Source of the DNA: Microthyrium microscopicum
Taxonomy: Eukaryota
Assembly: GCA_010405405.1 (NCBI GenBank)
Contig: MU004233.1
Coordinates: 1,253,122-1,317,121, forward strand
Direction of reading: 5' to 3'
DNA length: 64,000 nucleotides
Shown here piece by piece: positions 11,242-25,808 of the stretch (the first letter of the stretch is position 1; every line of letters starts with the position of its first letter). The position numbers were made by a program, and so were the translations under genes. Below the pieces are notes generated by a model. That model saw only the letters and a program-made list of their open reading frames with translations. It was not told the DNA's origin and did not search any database.

Positions 11242-13374
11242 TCGGCTACCATCATGCGAATGACTTATAAACTTCAAGGACGTCGCCGTCGCGAATGGCT
11301 TGATGATTGATTATCAGTGCATAGTGTTTGGAAGGAGTGGAATGGATAGAGTATCCAGGATGTATTATTCCTTCGTCCGCAAGGTCTTAGTCCATCATTA
11401 ATGAATAACACTGGAACATTAAATATACATATCACCTCTTTCAGTCTCTTACCGGGTGTTTGTTCGATACAGCAATATCCTGGTGTTGATATCACCATCT
11501 CCACGTCTATAATTGTGCACATACCCACCATTTGTAAATCATGCCCTCGATCAATGTAGAAGTATCCCCACGAACGACAGATGTCAATTGATTTGACAGC
11601 CATTTATGACATCTTATAAGCCCAGGATACGCACTCTCGTTGTGACTGTCAGGCCTGCCCATTTGACATCATTCATAGTATAACTTTGTATAGCAAGTAG
11701 TTACTGCAAATTTGATAGACATCGCTGTGCTAGGTACATTTTCATATATCAAATAGTGCCTACATTCTAGAAGGAACATTAGTGCTCAAATGCCCTGCAC
11801 GGCACGAATCCGTCCGTTCCGAAATCCAAGCCGTCGGCTCACGAACACGAGAGTAATGTTCTTTGAACCCGTCGGACTGGATCGCAATAGTTCGCAGCAA
11901 CTTCAGTACCACGCCTCACTTACATCCTTTCCCAGTTCTTGCCTACATTCCCCTCCGCAAGTCCTATCTATACTTCTCCCCTACCCAAAAACCCCCAACT
12001 CGGCAAACTCCATACCACGCCATACCAGACTCAACTCGCAACTCAACCCCAATAACGCAAGTCCCAAAAGCTAACCAATTCCATCCCCGCAACATATTCT
12101 CAGCAGGCAATGCCACGCGAGAGCTGCAAGACCCTAAGGTATATTAAAGACATCCGTAGATCACTTTATATTAGCCTTTGCCTGCCATCCCATGAATGAT
12201 GCCAGCAACGCACGATCTCCACGGGCCGTGTATGTCAAGTTCGCAAAGTACAGCTACTGGCCCGCGCGGAGAAAAGAAGGATATATGGTGAGGTTGATAT
12301 ATACAGAAGCCGAAAATCCATGCTTGTGCGGGCCGCGTTGGGCGGGATGGGGACAGGATGAATGGATATTGTGGATTGGATTCGTGTGGGATGGTATGAT
12401 TTTCTTTTGAAGATGAGAAGCTGATTTGAAGGTCGGTTACAGCAGAGCCTACGATACGAGTTGTTCAATATTGATGTTAAGGTCAAATGCAGGGGTATGG
12501 AGAGATCAGATGTCGAATAGCGTGTGATTTTAGCGTTTCTCGTCAAATGTTACGTGCAGCCATAGCGTGATAGCGTAAACGCTAGTGGTACACCCGTAGC
12601 CTTCACTTTATCCAATTTCGACCATGAAAAACCCCAAAATATCCTTGATATCTCATCGGAGTGGGTAGGGCGAACGAGTTGTGGGATCAAGATGTGGATG
12701 GATCGGGTCAAGCAAAATAGGCTTCACGGGCGAAAGGCAAATGTGGAAATTGGAAGTTATCATATCTAGGAGAGCGATGGAGATAAGGTATTTTTGTTTC
12801 AACGGATGTTGGGTGGTTCAGTCGAGGCAACATGGGCGAGAATGATGAGTTATGCAGGTACGGTGTACGCATTTGGATGGATTGGATCATAGTGGTTGCT
12901 GCGAGGCATTTTGAGTCGGCAGTAGGCGCAGATCAATGTTTTAGAGCGGAGGTTGTTTGGTAGGCTGATGACTTGTTGTCTGAGTAGTGGTTGTTGGGGG
13001 TTTTCCGGGGAAGGAAGATGTTCCAAGGTTTGACATGGGAACGTTCGTTGGTGGTGGTGGTGATGGTTGAAAGGCCGTGGCAGGTTGAACCGGACATGAG
13101 TCGTTTGTGGTGAGTTGCCGCTATTGTCAAATAGTACGATAATAGAATATTTAGACTTGTTAGAAGTAACGTTATAAGTTGGCATTAATGAAGTCGTGTG
13201 TTTGTCGCGTTTCGATACTTCAACTTTCTACATAATGAAGGTTGCTTGTTCCTGAAGGATCAAGCCGAAAATAATAGTTTTATTTCAGAGTGATACATAT
13301 AGTAACAACCCTTAGTTAGGAGGCATAGAGCGAGTTAGAACTACTTATCATAGGCACCACCCATGATGAATACA

Positions 13375-16300
13375 TTTTTTACTTAGCGTATGGGGGAGTT
13401 AAACTCTTTCTCTTTATAAAGCTCGTTATAATTAGATTTTAGTTATATTGACGTCTTAGTAATTATACTAGGTTACTAGGTAGACACTTATAACTATCCT
13501 ACTATCTCGTCTAATCATTTAAAGCTAAAGCTTAATTACTATCTTTAGTAGGTAATTAGTAATAAAAGGTACTTTCCTTTTTTAAAAAGTATTAAGAGTT
13601 ACCTCTTATTTACTTAACTTATCTGCTAGCTTAGAGGGTAAGATCTATTAAGGCTTTCGCCGTTATAGTTAGCTTTACTAGTATATCGTAATTTATTAGT
13701 CTCCTAGAGAGGCTTTAGTTAAGATAGACATCTTAGACCTTGCTAAACTCTTATTTTTATTAGCTACTTGCTCTATCGTGCTTAAAAAGCTTTTAGGTTA
13801 TATGTCCTACTTTGATACCTTTTACTTATCGCTAAGATTCTTTTACTTATAATTTTTAAGCGTATAATAGTAATAAAGTAATTAGTAATTACTAGAGAAA
13901 TTCTTAGGTAATGCATATATTTATAAGACTAAGAAAGCTAGGCTTTCTAAATAGCCTATATAATAGTTCTATATATAGTGTTAAATCGCTATTTTATAGC
14001 ACTAGAGCCTTTAGGGGGGCCTAACGTAGTAAAAGTCTATATTTTAGATATTAATTAGGGAAGCATATGTAGAGTCTTTCCTAGGGATAAAAACTTCTAT
14101 ATTTTAACTACCTTAGCCTATACTTCTCTTGCTAAACTATAGTTAATCTATATATAGGTTAGAGTATCTTTAACGTTATAGAATAGGCACATTTGCATAG
14201 TTAGTAGTAGCTAGTTAAGCCATAAACTAGTAAGAACTTTAAGATATAACATTCTTTAAATTATATTGCTAGCTTTAGGAGTATTAATAAACTTCCTTGC
14301 TTGCCTCTAGATTTATATTACCTTAATTTTAATGCCTATTCTAGCTTAGTAGACCCTAATTATTAGTTCTACCTAATTATTAAAGCCTTCTAGGTAGATA
14401 TCTTCTAGCTTACTATTTATTATAGATTAGTATAGTCTCTAAAACGTAATAGTAGTGATAGAATAGCTCTAGCTTTTATCTAATGAATGTATATATATAT
14501 ACTATTAATGTTTACCCTGCTAAGAGGCAATTCTAATATTTAAAAGTTTCTCTCTCTAAGATTTAGGTAGTTGTTTCGTTATTAGTTTCCTAATGACTTG
14601 CCTTATAGCATAAATTTAGTTATTAATATGCTTAAGGGAGGTAATTAATTACCTATTAATAGGGTCCTAAATATTACCTAGAGTTCTAGCACTGTTATCC
14701 CAAATATAGCGCTAGACCTTATAGTCTTATATTCTAGGACTACTACTACTTATCTTTCTTATCCTTAGGTGGTACTAAAAGTAGGTGTTCATAATCTCTT
14801 TAATACTTAAAAGTTCGCTAATAAAGAATAGGTTTAGTTTATTATTAATATTAAAATTCTTCTTCTACTAGAGCGTTATTCTTCTAAGTTTAGGTTATAT
14901 TATATGGAAAGTTAAGCTAAGATAACTAGTAAAGGGATCTCTAACTCTTTCTATGTGTATAGTAGATTTAACTTTACTAGCTCTTGCTATTAAATCTCTC
15001 GTTAATAGCGACGCTAGGAGGAGAGGGAAGTTAATGTTTCTTATGATAGTACTTAGCAATGAAGCGTTTATAATAGTTATAATATTAAAAGCTCTAACGC
15101 CTCTTTTTATTAGGGGTTAATATACTTATAATTATGAAGTAGTTACTAGCTTCTTCTTGTCCTAAATTAGCTTATAGTAGTGCTTATTAAGCTCTAATAA
15201 AACCTTATGGGGGAGATGAATAAACCTTAAGTGATAATAAATTATGGATATTATTAGTGAGTTGGCAACTAAAACTCGTCCTTTGAGGGATAAGTAGAAG
15301 CGGGCCTAAGTTAATCTAATATTCGTAAATTTTGTAATTATATTAGCCTAGAATAACTTAATTTGTAAATTGATGTTAAGGCCCATAAGGATGCCTAGGT
15401 GCTTATATAGATTAGATTCTGATATGATTTAGATACTAGGTATGATGATTTTAGTGTCTCTAAGTCGTAAAAGGAAGGTCTTATTCCAATTTATTTTCGT
15501 GCTAGATACTTAACAGAAGAGGTTAAGAATATGTATAAAAGCGTCTATTTTAGCCTAATCTTGAAGCACTATAGTAGTATTATTAGCGTATATTAGAAGA
15601 CGTATTGCCTTACTAATAGAATGTAGTTATAAGCCTTTAATCTTAGTGCTAGCTAGGATGGCCTTTGCTAAGACTTTAATAACTATAATGTATAATAGGT
15701 AGCTAAGGGGGTCCCCTTGACGTACTCTAGATTATACCTAAATAGGCTTACCTATGTAGCTATTTATAGTTACTTGCATAATTGCCTTCTCGTAGAGAAG
15801 TGATATCTATTTAACTACTAGCTTAGGAACTCCAAATTTTTGTAGAACGAGATAGAGGAATTGATAGCTTACTTGATCATAGGCTTTCTCTTGATTAAGG
15901 AATAGAATAGCAAAAGGATGTTTGTTTTGCCTATAGTAAGCAATTAGCAATTAAATAGTCTTTATATTATTATCTATTAGTTAACTTAGTAAAAACGCTA
16001 ACTAATGATTACTAATTACTGAGTTTAGAGCTGTAACTAGCCTTTATATTAATATCTTAGTAAAAATCTTGTAGTTAATATTTATTATTGTTAGTAGTCT
16101 ATAATTTAAAATTTGTTAAGGATTGCCCTTCTTATAAAGAAGTGTAAGTATTCCTTTAGTAAAGCTAGCGGGAATTACCCCTTCTATCTAAATCTTATAG
16201 AAGAGCCTTTACATTAAAACTAGGATTAGGGTTATATCCCCTTCTTTCTTAACTTGCGTAAGAAGAAACTTATAGAACTTAGAGGGAAGCTTATTAGTGC

Positions 16301-19300
16301 TAGGAGACTTTCCTAAAGCTAATTGCCTAATAGAGGCTTTAATTTCCTTAATCTAAATCCTTTGTGCTAAAGTACTTCTATAATTATTACTAATACGTAT
16401 AGTACAGTAGAATAAAAGAGTAGTTATAGTATTAGCGTTACTTTCTTTTATTCTAAAAAGGTTTATATAAAAGTATATAGTAATCCTTAGCATGTCTTGA
16501 CTTAAATCTTTTATTTTACTATTAAGGTCTATAAGAGACTTAATAATAAGATCATTCTATAACTTTGCCTTTTTAAAGAACTATTTGTTTAGCTTTTCGT
16601 TAAGTAAAGTATATTTAGCTAGCAAGGTATATAACTAGTACCTATAAAGGTTCTCGTCTAATAATCATTCTCTTATGGCGATGGACTTAATTTGCCTTTA
16701 GAGTTTATAAGAGTTATCTATTAACCTTTTCTTATATATTGCCTCTCTTTGCTTACGTAGGTTTGTTTTTAGTTTACTTATAGACTTAGTAATAGAACGC
16801 CTTACTTTAGAGAAGAGGTTCTTTGCTTTAGATTTAATAAGAAGCTATCTTATAAACAGGTCCCCTATAGATAATGAGGATAGAATCTCCTAATATGGTA
16901 CTTAGTACTTTTAATACTTTAGCAGGTTAGGTTATAATCTCTAACGCTTAGGGCCTCTATCTTTATTAGTAGGGAATTTTATAGTTATCATAGCTATATT
17001 ATAGTTAGAATTAACTTCTAGTGCTAGAGGTATAATATCCTAATTTATTACTCTATCTAATAACTCTTCTCATATATAGATATAATTAATCCTTAAAGCT
17101 TCTAAGCGATTTTTATAGCGGTGCTAAGTATATATAATTAAGTTTAGATATATCTCTCTCTAGTTATTATATATTGCTATATCTTTAGAAAGGGCTACTA
17201 AGAATTCTCTTATATTATCTAATGCGGCATAAGGCTATAAATTATTTACTATAGAATCTCGCGAACTATTAACTTTATTCTAATCTTTGCCTACTATGTC
17301 GCAAGCAAGAGGTATTAAATGTTCTCTAATAATCTTTATATAATCTTTAAGCTAAGTCGCCCTAGAACTACCCTATATAGTAGGTAGGTAAACGTTAACA
17401 ATGCTTAAAACTTGATCTCTATATATAATATTATATATAAGGACTCTACTACCTTTATCTTTATAGGAGATATAAGGAGCTCTATATAGGCTATTAGCAA
17501 TTTCTTTAGGGGTAATAGTATCTAGTAAAGGATACTATTTATAAGCGTTAGTATTAAGCATAAATGCTATTCTACTTTATCTAGGTTTATAAGTTTTAAT
17601 CCTTAGCTAGGGATAAGAAGCTTAAAGCTTACGAGCACATTAGTCTGTAATCTATGCTTCTTATAATAATACTACTCCTATATTATTAGTAACTATTAAG
17701 GCGTATAGATTATTAAATAGGATAGTATCTATAACGAACTATACGTTAAATAAAGCAATAAGTAACCTATTTATTAATAATATTATTTATAAGATTAATA
17801 GGGGGACTAATATATCTTATAAGAGTTTTTAGATCTAGGATCTTATTACTTAGAATGACTAAACTAACAAGCTATAGGTACTCTAAGATGCTATAGTAAG
17901 CAATATCTCTTAGAACTATATAGACTACGTAGTGATCTAGCTTGTTATTCTCTACTTAGAACTTAAGCCTTCTTACTCCCCCACTATAGCGAACGCTAAA
18001 ACTAAACTCTAAAATGCTAAGTACCTTATTAAAAATAAGAATATGCGCCAAACCCTTAATAACTTTAAATTTATAACTAAGCTAAAAAGTCCTACCTAAG
18101 ATATTAAACTTAGAGTCCTTGCTACTATCTGAAGAGTTAACAAGACCTTAGATAACAAGCTCTAGAGCTAGACCGTAAACGATTATAACGAAGAAGACTT
18201 AAGGATCGTTAGGCTAGAATACTATTAGCTTAAGGGTTATTGTCTTACTATCCTTTAGGGGGATAGTAAGTAGATAACCTATTATTCTCTTTGCTACTTC
18301 TTCTAACGTATAATTAATTATAATATTCTTATATAGGTCATTAAAGTAGACTTATTAGACGTCGTTAGGGTTAACCTTGCCTAAGGTAAGGATAGCGTCA
18401 CGAATGGTGTTAAGGCTATAGAAGCCCTTCTAAACCTCTCTATCCGTAAAGATAAAGAGTTTCTGCTTGTTATTCTTAGTTTTAACCCTTATAATATTCC
18501 TATGAGTAAGACGTTTCGTTAGGATAACCCTAAGGCTAAGGTTGCTTAAGGTCTTAGTATTAGCTACAAGGAGGACTTTAGGCTATTAGCCCTTCTTTTT
18601 CGTTTTCTTAGGGGCCTTAGACGTAGGATTTATAGCACCCCTTTTCCTTAACTTTGGTAGCTTGCCACCCTTTTTTAATCCCTCTACTATAGTCATTAGC
18701 CTAGGTATAGTTATTTTAGTCGTAGTAGTAGCAATAAGAGTCGTTATATTTATAATAATGCTAGGTATCGTAGTGATAATAGAGCTAGCTTTAGTAGATT
18801 GACTAGGTGTTGCTTTCATAATAGAGCTAGTAGTAGTAGAGGTTTAGGCTTAACTAGATTTAGGAGCTTCCTTATAATACTTATAGTCCTAACTCTAGTA
18901 CCTTATTTGCCTATAGTACTAGCAAGGTTATAACGGTTCTTTACCTTTAGCGCGGTCTTGTGCTACCTACGATATATTTTTATTAACTTAATTAAGATAA
19001 TTAACTTTTCTTTTCATTTTCTTTAAGGACTTCTCAACATAGGCGACAACTTAATTATCCTAAGATAAATTAGCCCTTAGTTCCTTAATACTAATAAACG
19101 AAGTTAACGTGTTCTAAGTGCTAGAAACTACGATGTAGTTATAACTATTATCCCTATTAGTTATTATAACGTCTTTTAACGCAGATTTAAAACTAGTAGT
19201 AGTACCTAGTTAATAGGTAAGACCATCTAACGTACCTAATTATTATTAATTGCTTAGCTTTGGCTAACTATCTAATAGCATTTTAGTAGTATTAGAGGGC

Positions 19301-19890
19301 AAGGTCTTAATAGGTTTACAAATAGTAATTAAATTACTAATAACTATATGTTTAGCTATCTTATTAATTTATAGTTTAATAAAGATTTTTCTTAGTAAAG
19401 GCTTTTAGTAGTATATAAACACAACATACTATTAGACCTAAAGGGTATTTATATAGCTACGGTAGTCCCTAAAAAGATATGCAGCTCTTACTCTATAATC
19501 TTGTTTTCATAGATATCTTTGTATTTACGAATTATATCTTACTATTATAAAAAATTTTTACTTCCTCTGTTATCCTTTAGAGATTGTTAGGGTTCTAGCG
19601 ATGCCTACTCTTAGAGGTCCTATATATAGAGAGCAAGTCCCTAAATCATAATCCTATATATAGGCGCTTTATAATATAAGTAGGGACTTAATAGTACGTA
19701 GTATATACCTAAGTTGTTTAGGGTATAACTATAGTTAAGTAGTTTATTAATAGTAGTGTAACGTTCGCTAAGAGAGGGGAGTCGCCCTAATCCTTATAGA
19801 CCTACTAGAGTAAACCACGTTGAGGTCTTGTACTTTGTACTTAAGAATGTAGGCCGTTAATGCACTGGTTAACCTATGCCCCTAGAAGGA
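13375..19890 (-). mobile_element. RIP-inactivated non-LTR retrotransposon (LINE; ORF1 plus APE-RT ORF2) with L1/Tx1-like RT motifs; ends approximate
   Basis: Minus-strand motifs, in order, with de-RIPed readings in brackets. APE: L*EA [LQE] ~17660, VNVYLP ~17390, RINYIY [RIDYIY] ~17085, SNY [SDH] ~17005. RT: KSPSTN [KSPGTDG] ~16300, NYRLLTIININYKI ~16065-16105, LNQEKAYDQ ~15872-15900, VRQGDPLS ~15700-15727, YANNTT [YADDTT] ~15575-15592, KHLGI ~15387-15404. The block is AT/TpA-rich and has no LTRs. Confidence 0.88.
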
Positions 19891-21783
19891 GCGTTCAGAA
19901 TGTAAGTATAAATCCATGATCAAGACAGTTATACTTCACTTGAGATCTTCCCGCATTCCCTCCGCGGGGAACCGATGGAAGTAAGATTAATGTGACATAA
20001 CAGCTGTACAAACGCAGGCGGATGAGTAGGTACCGATGGTATGAGAATTTGAGATGCGAGTTTGCGAAAGGCCTGAATACTGGTACTTGTGGCCATACTG
20101 AGATGCAGACGGGTTGAAACGAATCATTTGACGTCTCCAGATGTCGGAGAATTTTAGGGGTTGTCAGGGTCCGGAGTGTGGATGCGTGATGTACGGATAG
20201 GATTAACAAGGTTAGAAAAGCTGATTTTGCTATTGATCTATCGAATAATGATCACCATTACAAGCAAGCAGTTCATCAAGTGCGATGAGATTGGAATATT
20301 TAGTGACAAATGGCGCGAGTTCAGCCGATTATCTTGAGCGCGTCTAGAGAGGAGGAGCTCGAGGTGGGTGTAGGGCTGAGCTGGAGGGTAGAGAGAAATG
20401 GCTATGATTCGATGGTATATGAAATTTGTTTGGTTGTTTAGTCGAGGCACATGAGAGACGAAAGGCTCGGCAGGTACATAAATTCTAAAAGCAACAGGGC
20501 GACGACACTGATTGAAAGCTGAAGCAAAGCGTTCCTGAATCGATTGGATTATTGGAGCGTTCATGAACGATGCCAACGGTGCCTTGCAGTAAACCTCCCC
20601 TGCATGATGCTCGCGGGGGAGAGAAATCACGAGGGATCGTTACCATGCCAGGGCGAAATCTGGATTAGCTAGCTAGCAAGCGATAGCGCGATTGAGATGC
20701 TGGTCAGTGGTGGTGGACTTTGTGGATTTGTGAAGATTCAGATGGAGGGATAGACGCGTAGAGAATCGGAACTACGGAGTAGAGATGTGGATTTGAACAT
20801 GGAAGTTCCTGGACATTTGCTGATGCCGCAATTCACAAGCGGGCATGTGGGGAGGTACTGGAGAGAAATATAAATAAATGGCATCTAGAAGAAGCACAGA
20901 TCAAGAGGTAAGGATGTGAGCAGCGAACACAGCAGCTAGGGTGAACCCCATCAATTGCCGGTTGCCTCTTGCATCTATCAAATGAAGTACTATATATCAA
21001 AAGGTTGGGTTGAGCAGTTCATAAGCGTATTCATCAAAATTTATAGAAGGAGAGGGCATTGGTGTGCTGTGATAGCGGGACGCTAGTAACTATGAGGCTC
21101 ATAATTTTAAGGGATGAAGTCCATTCTGAGTTAGGCTGTTTATGAAGGATTGAATTAGTTTTATGCCCCTAACTTGTACTGTTGCTTGACCTCTAGGCTC
21201 TGGGCTATAGTTGGCGGCGATAAGGAGAGAAAGGAAACAAAAGATAGAAATGGGTGGGTATGACATGATGATACATAGGCGTGCATTCAAGCAATTCCAA
21301 CCGGACCCGGTAATATGCTCAATTCTCAATTATACGTAGGTATCAAGTTCAAGTGGAACTGTAGATGGCAGATGTTGTGTACTGTCGCATATCATGAATA
21401 TTGCATAGTTGATGGATTGGATAAGAATTAAAGCACATGATGATAACAATAGTGTTTTATGATGAGTAGAGGCACAATAATAGGAGAAGAATGGGGATGA
21501 TCTTGATTTTGTTAGTGGTTGAAATGTTGTTGAGCAAGTGGTTCCTTCCTTGCAAGATGAGCGTGCTTGGCTCTTGCCGTGCAGTGTGCAGCGTGCACTC
21601 CCTGATGGGACGGGTCAACAGGCTGTTCTTGCCTCAACTTTCAAAGACTCAACCGTTCCTTCCCTACTCCGTAATCCCTATCCTCCTACCCAGCTCTCCA
21701 GCTGCTGGTCTAGTGCTCCTTCCCTCTCCATCTACGGTACTCTACTTCGCTTCTTGTCTCGTCTCTTAAACTCTTTACTTTCC

Positions 21784-24700
21784 ATGACCTCAATTATCGC
21801 CAATCCGCCCCTTGAATCCAACATTCTCCCCCAACAATCCCCACTCCCGCTCGCTGTCGCGTCTCCGGCCATTCCATCCCAACTCGAACATGACTCCAGC
21901 CGCCTGACTATCGACTCTACGCTGGCCCACCCTTTCTCCTCCAACCCTGCCATCGCCGTGTCTCATATATCGCCAAACTCCCTCCATCGGCATCCTGCCC
22001 CTGTGGTCACAAAGAACCTGCACCTATCCCGTCCCTCTCCCTCAACAACATCTCCTTCAACCAGTCCGCGCAAACGCGCATCCACCTCGGGCTCGAGATA
22101 CTCGCCTCCCCCTGCCTTCTCCAACAACAATTCTCCCGCCGTACCCAATCTTCCAGCGACTCCCCCGATTGACTCTATATCCCGCGAAACTACTCCGATA
22201 CCAACTGCCAGAGATACCCCTCGCGTTTCATCCCCGAACAAACATTTTCACACTTCACCTGTGAGATCTATCATCACGGCTAAACCGCTGGCTTCTCCAG
22301 TAAAGCAGGGGAAGGCTCCTGTGGGCAAAATGGTTGGCGATTGGAGCCGTAAAGCCATGCGGAGCGCCAGTGGATCTCGAACGGTTCATCAGAGAGCTTT
22401 CAGTACCGATATGAACAAGAATTCCCAAGAAGAGGTGACGCGCCAAAGGGAGCAGCGAGAGCGCGATCGCGATCGGAAAGCAATGCTCAACAAAGCCTTA
22501 CAAAAAGCTCATACAGCTGTTTTATTGGATAATGCTTTCAACTATGAAGGAGCTGTTGAAGCATATCAAGATGCCTGTGACCTTTTACATCAAGTTTTGG
22601 TGCGAAGTACTGCAGACGAGGAAAAGAAAAAGCTTGATCAAATTGTAAGATCAACTAGTGTATCTCATGTGTCGCAGGCTAACAGAACATAGCGCGAAAC
22701 TTATTCCAAAAGAATCAACGAACTATTGGAGATGGATCAACAACCACCTACAGCTTCCCCAAATAAATCCCTACCAGCAAGACCTGCAAGCGCCACGGCT
22801 TCAGATAAACGATATTCGACCCAAGATGATGATGATGTGATAATAGAAACGGCGACGGCTACAGTGATAGAAAGATCGCGATCACCGCCGAAGAGAGATT
22901 TCAAGGCGCTTGAGAAGCCAACCGAGGAGCCCATTGTTGATACAACTCCGGTTCCGACAACATCGTCGCTACCGCACTTGAAAGTTCCCGCGACCAACTT
23001 CATTTCCCTCACATCTCCAATGGACCCGACTTACGCTCCACCTCCTTTATCTCCTCGTCGCATTCCCAAAGAAATCCCTACCGAGACAAATGATACCAAA
23101 GAACAGACTTACCTGCTTCCTGCCTCGAATACCGCGTCAACAACGCATTCAAGGGGAGGATCAGTATCCTGGCTAGGACCAATGAGCTCGGGTACCTCGT
23201 CGCAAAGGTCCTCAACACATTCCATATTAGACGGCACCATGATGCGCAAACCATTTCTGGGGCTAGACGACACGGAGGCTGAATTTGACGCTGCTTTAGA
23301 TGCCGCTGTTGAGGCAGCTTACGACGATGGGTTTGAACCAACCAGTTATCATGACGATCCAATCGTTGGTAATCAGAATACAGCACCCCATCCGGACATC
23401 CGACTCGCACAGAATGGCGGATATTATTTGGCAGATGATGATAATGAAGAAGAGGAAGAAAGAATACTTGCGAGCTTGGACAACAAGGATTATGCGCTGG
23501 AAGAATTCGATTTTGGTCTACAAAACAAATCCTCCATGCAACGAGACTCTGATGGGAGTCAATTCTCAGGATCCACATGGCACAGTTCGGTAACATCAAG
23601 TCGAACTACACCATCTGCGATAATGTCTACAGTATCAGAAGGGTCAGAGACAACTTTGATATCTGGAGGCAAAGTTCTCGGAACGTTACCAAGATTGAGT
23701 GAAGAAACATCAAGGCCGGACTCATTTTCCATGAATGATGGCAGACCAGGATCAAAAAGCGGGCTACTACCTAGCGGCAGCGTCCGTAGTAGGCGCATGT
23801 CTGGCCAGAATGCCAAACAGCTGAAAATTGAAACCCAGCCAACGACGAAGCAGGCACCCTATGGATCCGCAGCGACAGATACCATCAAAGAAGAACCAGC
23901 AGGCTTAAAATCAGCTACTCAGTCTTACACAGATCTCCCTACGCTTTCTGATTCAGTGTATCTCAAGCAAGCTCCCTCGCAAATACAATATCAACCTCCT
24001 CCTGTCCCACACTCGGCAGGATCCAGACCTCTCATGAGCCCAGCAGAAACTATGGTTACCATCTCCCCTGCTACACCAGGTCTCCGTACTCACCCAGAAA
24101 ACGGTCCCTCACCTAGCACATACAGACTACCTGGAGCTAAGCCGTTCTTGAGGAAGAACAAGTCGTCAATGAGTCTCAAGAATCGGGCGCTATCAGTATC
24201 AAGCCCCGATGGCTCTGATGGCTCAGTTGCTACTCCAATGAGCACGACATTTTCATACTCTACCGCACACTCTACACATGCACTCACTCGTAAAGCCACT
24301 ATGCCTGGTTCTGCAACCACACCATCTCTTCCTAGTTTCCCTGACGGTGTGGTTCAACATGCTGGAAGCCTCACCATCTTCGAATCCGATATTCACTCTC
24401 CACATTCTCCTGGCTTTCCAAATCCGATGGCCAACAATGCTCCTGTGCAGCTCGAGCCTTGTCCGGAATCTGTAATCCTTCGACCATTCTGGCTACTACG
24501 ATGTGTCTACCAGACGATTGCACATCCACGGGGTGGTTATGTCTCAACCAAGCTATTCGTCCCTCGTGATGTATGGCGAGTAAAAGGCGTCAAGTTAAAG
24601 GCAGTGGAAGAAAAGATTGCCCAACTTGACGTTTTGACACATGCCCTTGCGCGATTAAATCAGATAGACACCAACGACATGGATGCTGTACACGATGAGA

Positions 24701-25380
24701 TGAACCACTTTGAGTCAACCCTTGACATTGTTCAAGCTGTACTCACAAAGAAGCTTGGGCACGAGGTTGGTACCCATGGTCTCACTGCGGTATTCCGAGA
24801 CGCGCAAACAGATTCATCCAATGCCGGTGCTACAAATGGAGATGGTGCTGTTTCTCAGCGCTCAAGTTCCAAAAGCTATCTATCATCATGGCGTAAACTC
24901 CGCTCAAAGACGTCATCAACGGCCCTAGCGACGCAGGCCTCAAATGCTAAACACATCGCGAAAGACTCCAGGGATGAACATGGCCCGACCATGGCTACTG
25001 TTCCCATGACGAGCATGATGAATATCAAGTTTGCCAAGCGCGATATCACAGGTCTGGATGTGAGCCCATTAGCCATGGGCCCCAACGCCGCATATATGGC
25101 GAGCCTGGCGCGATTGTGCGATGCGGTTCAGATACTGGGTAAGTCACTTTCTTACAATGGCCCTTTAAAACATAGCTAACTCAAGTCACCAGACCAAATC
25201 GCGCGTCAAGTAGAAGACCCAGGCCTCAAGGGCTCCTCATCAACCCACGTAGGCCTCGAACTAGGCGTTAGACACGCCAGCGAGTTCTTTGGTTTCTACG
25301 TATGTCGCTTCGTCCTAGCAGACGTAGGTCTACTTCTCGACAAATACCTTAAACGCGGCACCGAATGGGTTCTAGCCTAA
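21784..25380 (+). CDS. MIT-domain-containing protein with long disordered regions and conserved fungal C-terminal domain (~1164 aa, 3 exons)
   Basis: Exons 21784-22644, 22693-25138, 25193-25380. MIT signature KAMLNKALQKAHTAVLLDNAFNYEGAVEAYQDACDLL. Conserved C-terminus RPFWLLRCVYQTIAHPRGGYVSTKLFVP...EFFGFYVCRFVLADVGLLLDKYLKRGTEW. Start codon uncertain. Confidence 0.85.
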
Positions 25381-25808
25381 CTTTTATCACGACGCAAATA
25401 TAACCACGCGGCTTTACGACTAATGTCACGGATGGAAAAACAAAATATGGCGCATAACCTTTATACCCTTCTTGTTTCATTCAAATCTTATGCAGAGAGA
25501 TACCATTTTCCATTACTTCTTCGCCAGGTAGGCATGGCGACTTGTTCTCATCTTTCGGCACGACCTTTTCTATTACTTCAGGTTCTTTGGCGATTTGGGA
25601 AGAGATAGATACCATTGGCGCATCTCGGGGATTTTCATGGGAGGGTTCGAGCTACGGCTCTTTGTATAGGTCGTTTGTAGCGCTGTTCGTCTCGTGGAGA
25701 GACTTGAATTGATATTATTCCCCTGAAATACTCATTTCGATAGTGACGAGCGACTGTACAAAGCCAGCGGATGCGACGATTGATGTGCTCTTGTTGTCCT
25801 TGGTGGTT

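Noticed and set aside
12842..12968. ATGATGA ... CTGA resembling C/D snoRNA boxes
   Set aside because: No terminal stem or recognisable rRNA guide seen, and such short motifs arise by chance.
18586..18819. 77-aa Ile/Thr/Lys-rich ORF
   Set aside because: Stop-free remnant of the RIP-mutated LINE ORF1 low-complexity region, not an independent gene.
13361..19930. CCATGATGAATACATTT vs CCATGATCAAGACAGTT as a possible LINE target-site duplication
   Set aside because: The three mismatches are transversions, not RIP-type changes, so it cannot be accepted as a TSD. LINE ends are left approximate.
19895..21500. Short ORFs of 76-130 aa between the LINE and the MIT gene
   Set aside because: No motifs, mostly non-ATG starts, and no coherent splice structure.
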